Shown here: positions 23,847-27,006 of the stretch, one piece after another
Position numbering within the stretch: the stretch's first letter is position 1
Layout: every line of letters begins with the position of its first letter
Source: a virus
Taxonomy: Duplodnaviria > Caudoviricetes
IMG/VR virus record: IMGVR_UViG_3300043416_000030
Span: 1-27,006 of that record
Direction: 5' to 3' (one strand)
DNA length: 27,006 nt
The notes under the pieces: generated by a model
What the model was told of the DNA's origin: nothing
Seen by the model: the letters and a program-made list of their open reading frames with translations, nothing else
Databases searched by the model: none
Made by a program: the position numbers and the translations under genes

Positions 23847-24997
23847 AGACGCAAACTAACTCTTTTTAAGACTTCGGGTTGTGTTAATCCACTACCACTA
23901 CCCCCTGCCGCCCATATAGCCGTAGTTCCGTTAGATGTTAAAACATAAGTGCTTGTACCAATAGCAAGCCTAGTTGCACTATTAGTTCCGTTGCCAATAA
24001 TCAAATCGCCAGTTGTTGTTATTGGAGATAAAGAATTAAAAGCCGCACCTGCCGTTGTTTGACCTGTACCGCCATTAAGAATAGGTAATGCTGTGCCACT
24101 ATAAGTAATAGCCAATGTGCCAGACGAAGTAATTGGTGAGCCACTAATAGATAAAAGCGAAGGTACTGTTGCCGCCACGCTTGTAACTGTTCCTTGGAAC
24201 TGATCGGCAGAAGAAATGGTGAAGTTGGGATAAGTACCCGTGATTGTTGTTGTTCCGCCTTGGGTCAACGCAACTGTCTGGTCAGGTGCAGTATTGGTGA
24301 TATTTAGCGTACCCGATGTAGTAATCGGACTTCCTGTGATACTTATCCCAGTCCCTGCGGTAGCGGCAACGCTTGTGACTGTGCCAGAACCGCCACCACC
24401 CGCTACTGTGACTGTTACATTGTCACCCGATGTGGTTGCCGTAACACCTGAACCAACAAAATTTAAACTTTTAACACCACTTGTGATGCTTGTGCCTTCG
24501 TCTAAGATAGCCACCGCCCCATTGGTGGACATAGTGCTAATGACTTTGATCTTCTCTGCCAAGTCAGGAGCAACCACTTCACCCACATTGATCTCTTGAC
24601 CAGTAGACAAGGTAATAACTAACGAGCCATCAAAGTCTATCTTGGCATCCCTTACAGAAACGCCATCTTGACCATCTTGCCCGTCTTTTCCATCCCTACC
24701 ATCTAACCCATTCTTGCCATCTATGCCTTGGCGACCATCAGCACCCTTATCGCCCTTGTCTCCCTTGTCACCCTTCTCAGGAACAATAGACTTGGCAACC
24801 TCTAGTTGTGCTGTAACCTTGTTTTCCATCACTTTGATGGCTTCAACTATCAGGTCTACATTGTCTTGAACAGCAGTTTCCTCTTGCTGGCGCAAAGCCA
24901 CAAGGGTTTCTTCCATCTTGTTGATGGCTTCTAACTTTTCATCAAAAGATGAGTCTGTTGACTCAATACTTTGGATAAGTTCCTTGATATTAGCCAT
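23843..24997 (-). CDS. Collagen-repeat-containing fibre/stalk protein
   Basis: N-terminal coiled coil, 13 Gly-X-Y triplets, GTVTSV fibre repeats, LPILNGGTG. Confidence 0.8.
   Translation of the reverse strand: MANIKELIQSIESTDSSFDEKLEAINKMEETLVALRQQEETAVQDNVDLIVEAIKVMENKVTAQLEVAKSIVPEKGDKGDKGDKGADGRQGIDGKNGLDGRDGKDGQDGQDGVSVRDAKIDFDGSLVITLSTGQEINVGEVVAPDLAEKIKVISTMSTNGAVAILDEGTSITSGVKSLNFVGSGVTATTSGDNVTVTVAGGGGSGTVTSVAATAGTGISITGSPITTSGTLNITNTAPDQTVALTQGGTTTITGTYPNFTISSADQFQGTVTSVAATVPSLLSISGSPITSSGTLAITYSGTALPILNGGTGQTTAGAAFNSLSPITTTGDLIIGNGTNSATRLAIGTSTYVLTSNGTTAIWAAGGSGSGLTQPEVLKRVSLRL
24656..24772 (-). repeat. Collagen-like (Gly-X-Y)13 coding repeat, proline-free and charged
   Basis: GDK GDK GDK GAD GRQ GID GKN GLD GRD GKD GQD GQD GVS. 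Confidence 0.9.
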
Positions 24998-27005
24998 TCT
25001 TTAGACCATCTGTGAGTTTGGTAAGGAAGTCTTGCTTGACTTGGGACTGAGCATTTAACTTATCAGCCATCTGTAACTCAACAATCTTGCTTTTATTCTT
25101 AATGTCAGCCTCTTTGAGCATCAAATCAGCAATCTTGACTCGTTTATCAAACTCCCTTTGGTTGGCATCAGCCTCATTGGGTAGGTTTTTAGTCAAAGAT
25201 GCACTCATCTTGGCTTGAACTTCCTGTGGCATTAACTGAGCCTCAACAGACAACTTGGTTGCCTCTGCCCGATTCTGTTCTGCCTGAGTAGTGTTGACCG
25301 CAATCTGTGCTTGAGCCGCTTGCATAGCCAATTGTTGTTGCATTTGTTGCATTTGTTGCGCTTGTGGGTCAGGTTTACTCATCTCATCCAACATCGCAAT
25401 CAGTTCCATCCTGTTAGATAGGCTTGAATTAGCCAAAATGCCCTTCAAGATGACAGGCAAGACAGGGGTATTGGGGCCAAGTGTCTGCAACAAGCCAATA
25501 AACTGCTGTTGTTCGTACTCTCTAGCAATAATTCCAAGCGTTGCCGTAGGAATAAAGTTCATATCCACAGAAGGATAGCGCTCTGGGTCAAACTGCATGA
25601 ACCTGAAAGCCGCCTTTTTGATGAACGGGATCAAGAAATCCTCTTGGAAGTTCACCAAAGTGCGTTTGTACTTCTTAATGATAGAAGCGACAGCCATAGA
25701 CATACCGCCTTGACCACCATCTCTAGCCACATTGCTAATCATGCCCTGAGAATCCAATGTTCCCGTTGCTTGTAACAACATACGCTCAAAGTCTTTAGCC
25801 GTTGCCAAGTTGTTAGGGTCAGTTTGACCGAACTTGAAGGGGTAAAGAATCTCAGAAGGTGCGCCATTTGTGAGGATCGCTTTGCCAGGCTTTACCTCAA
25901 ACTTCATTCCTCTTGGCAAACGAGTAGCGTCCATTGCAATCATGGGGCTAGTTGTAAGTGCCAAGGAATCAAGGTGGCTACGAGTCTGTGCGTCAATAGC
26001 CTTTTGCATATTGAACGCCTTCTCTACTGTGCCTCTGCCCAACAAACGATTAGGAACTGTGTCATCCTGATAGGTCAAGACGGGACGATCCTTCATCATA
26101 TAAGGATTCGCTTCAGCCTTCAGCAGTTGACCATCATTTGCAATGACCACAATGGCTTCTACCAAGTCAGAATATTCCTCTGCCTCAGAGTTATCTGGGA
26201 AAAGGTCAACAATGTCTTTGTTTTCTTCTAGATTCTCTAGGTATTCCCGTGGCACTAAGCCATAGTAGGTCAACAACAATACTTTCTCATCTTGGTATTG
26301 GCTTACCTCTTGGGTAGGCTCAAGGTCAGAATCGTCACCAGTAGTGGTGATGTTTACCTTGCGATAGATACCAGCCTCAATGCCTTGGACAACTTTGTGG
26401 ATCGAGACATACTTCTCAATCGCCACACCCATACAGTCGCTTACGGAAACGCCATTGGGGTCAAACAAGAAGTTCTTTGGGTTAACAGGAGAAATCTTGA
26501 CAGAAATTCTCTCTCTCTCCAACACTCCAATAGCCGCTTGCCCCATCTGGTTAGGGATTGGCTGAGTAGAAGGGACATACTCTGTCTCAGTCATCACCAC
26601 AACTTCACCTATGCCTGTGCCATAGATTTCAGCCATCAATTCAATCTGATCGATTGCTTTGCGGATTTTGTCTTTCTTGAAGTCTTCTGTGAGTTGACGC
26701 TTAATCATCTCCACATCTATGGGGTTGCCATTGACATCTTGGATGTTGTCTTCAATGTCAAAGAAATCGCCCTGACCAAAGATTGCTTCCATAATCTCAG
26801 CATGGCGAGTCTCAACTGCTTGCTGAGTTGCAGGGGTAACAATGCGGCTACGCTCAGATTCACGGGTTTTGTCTTCTACCGCCCATTCGCCACGGAAGAT
26901 GCGCTCGTACTCTAGCCAATAGGGAAGGAAGTTGGTATCTCTGTAATCACGCCAACGATCACAATGGTCAACAACAAAGGCAGTTAAGTCTTTGTCAGCC
27001 TGTGT
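24990..27005 (-). CDS. Portal protein, 5'-truncated by the window edge
   Basis: Frame is open from 27005 (TQADKDLTAFVVDHCDRWRD...), 71 codons beyond the ORF-track start. IYGTGIG, NFLFDP, NPY, GRG..E....Q..ID and a Gln-rich C-terminal barrel as in P22-type portals. Confidence 0.9.
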   Translation of the reverse strand, partial: TQADKDLTAFVVDHCDRWRDYRDTNFLPYWLEYERIFRGEWAVEDKTRESERSRIVTPATQQAVETRHAEIMEAIFGQGDFFDIEDNIQDVNGNPIDVEMIKRQLTEDFKKDKIRKAIDQIELMAEIYGTGIGEVVVMTETEYVPSTQPIPNQMGQAAIGVLERERISVKISPVNPKNFLFDPNGVSVSDCMGVAIEKYVSIHKVVQGIEAGIYRKVNITTTGDDSDLEPTQEVSQYQDEKVLLLTYYGLVPREYLENLEENKDIVDLFPDNSEAEEYSDLVEAIVVIANDGQLLKAEANPYMMKDRPVLTYQDDTVPNRLLGRGTVEKAFNMQKAIDAQTRSHLDSLALTTSPMIAMDATRLPRGMKFEVKPGKAILTNGAPSEILYPFKFGQTDPNNLATAKDFERMLLQATGTLDSQGMISNVARDGGQGGMSMAVASIIKKYKRTLVNFQEDFLIPFIKKAAFRFMQFDPERYPSVDMNFIPTATLGIIAREYEQQQFIGLLQTLGPNTPVLPVILKGILANSSLSNRMELIAMLDEMSKPDPQAQQMQQMQQQLAMQAAQAQIAVNTTQAEQNRAEATKLSVEAQLMPQEVQAKMSASLTKNLPNEADANQREFDKRVKIADLMLKEADIKNKSKIVELQMADKLNAQSQVKQDFLTKLTDGLKNG

Positions 27006-27006
27006 A

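Larger units (their letters stand above)
1..27006. mobile_element. Tailed dsDNA bacteriophage genome segment (podovirus-like, Gram-negative host)
   Basis: Portal, scaffold, major capsid, adaptor, nozzle, ejection proteins, endolysin with spanins and an ERF/exonuclease module. Genes are densely overlapped. No tape-measure, sheath or host housekeeping genes in the window. Confidence 0.97.

Noticed and set aside
26507-26519. (TC)n microsatellite
   Set aside because: Short and in frame within the portal gene (encodes ERER); no evidence of phase variation.
1-27006. CRISPR array, integrase/att site, rRNA or tRNA genes
   Set aside because: No regularly spaced repeat-spacer units or corresponding motifs were seen; phage lifestyle cannot be determined from this window.

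Overview
This 27 kb window is part of a tailed dsDNA phage genome with podovirus-like architecture and a Gram-negative host (it encodes spanins). It has two convergent arms. The + arm (1-4648) holds small early ORFs, an ERF / YqaJ-exonuclease / SSB-like recombination module, a candidate structured RNA and a wHTH protein. The - arm (27006 to 4645) runs: portal (5'-truncated), a collagen-containing fibre, three tandem glycine-rich paralogs, scaffold, major capsid, decoration and small basic proteins, adaptor, nozzle, short tail fibre with chaperone, cupin, GNAT-like protein, three ejection proteins, several membrane genes, Rz/Rz1 and a GH19 endolysin. The most notable features are: (i) a 5.3 kb cassette between portal and scaffold with a collagen stalk and three paralogous polyglycine adhesin-like genes; (ii) a probable AUU-initiated (or readthrough) gene at 7214; (iii) a loop-E-like structured RNA after the SSB-like gene; (iv) an AT-rich gene between ERF and exonuclease; (v) an extra beta-domain inside the nozzle; (vi) an expanded membrane/lysis cassette. 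All product calls rest on motif recognition and synteny; no database searches were run.
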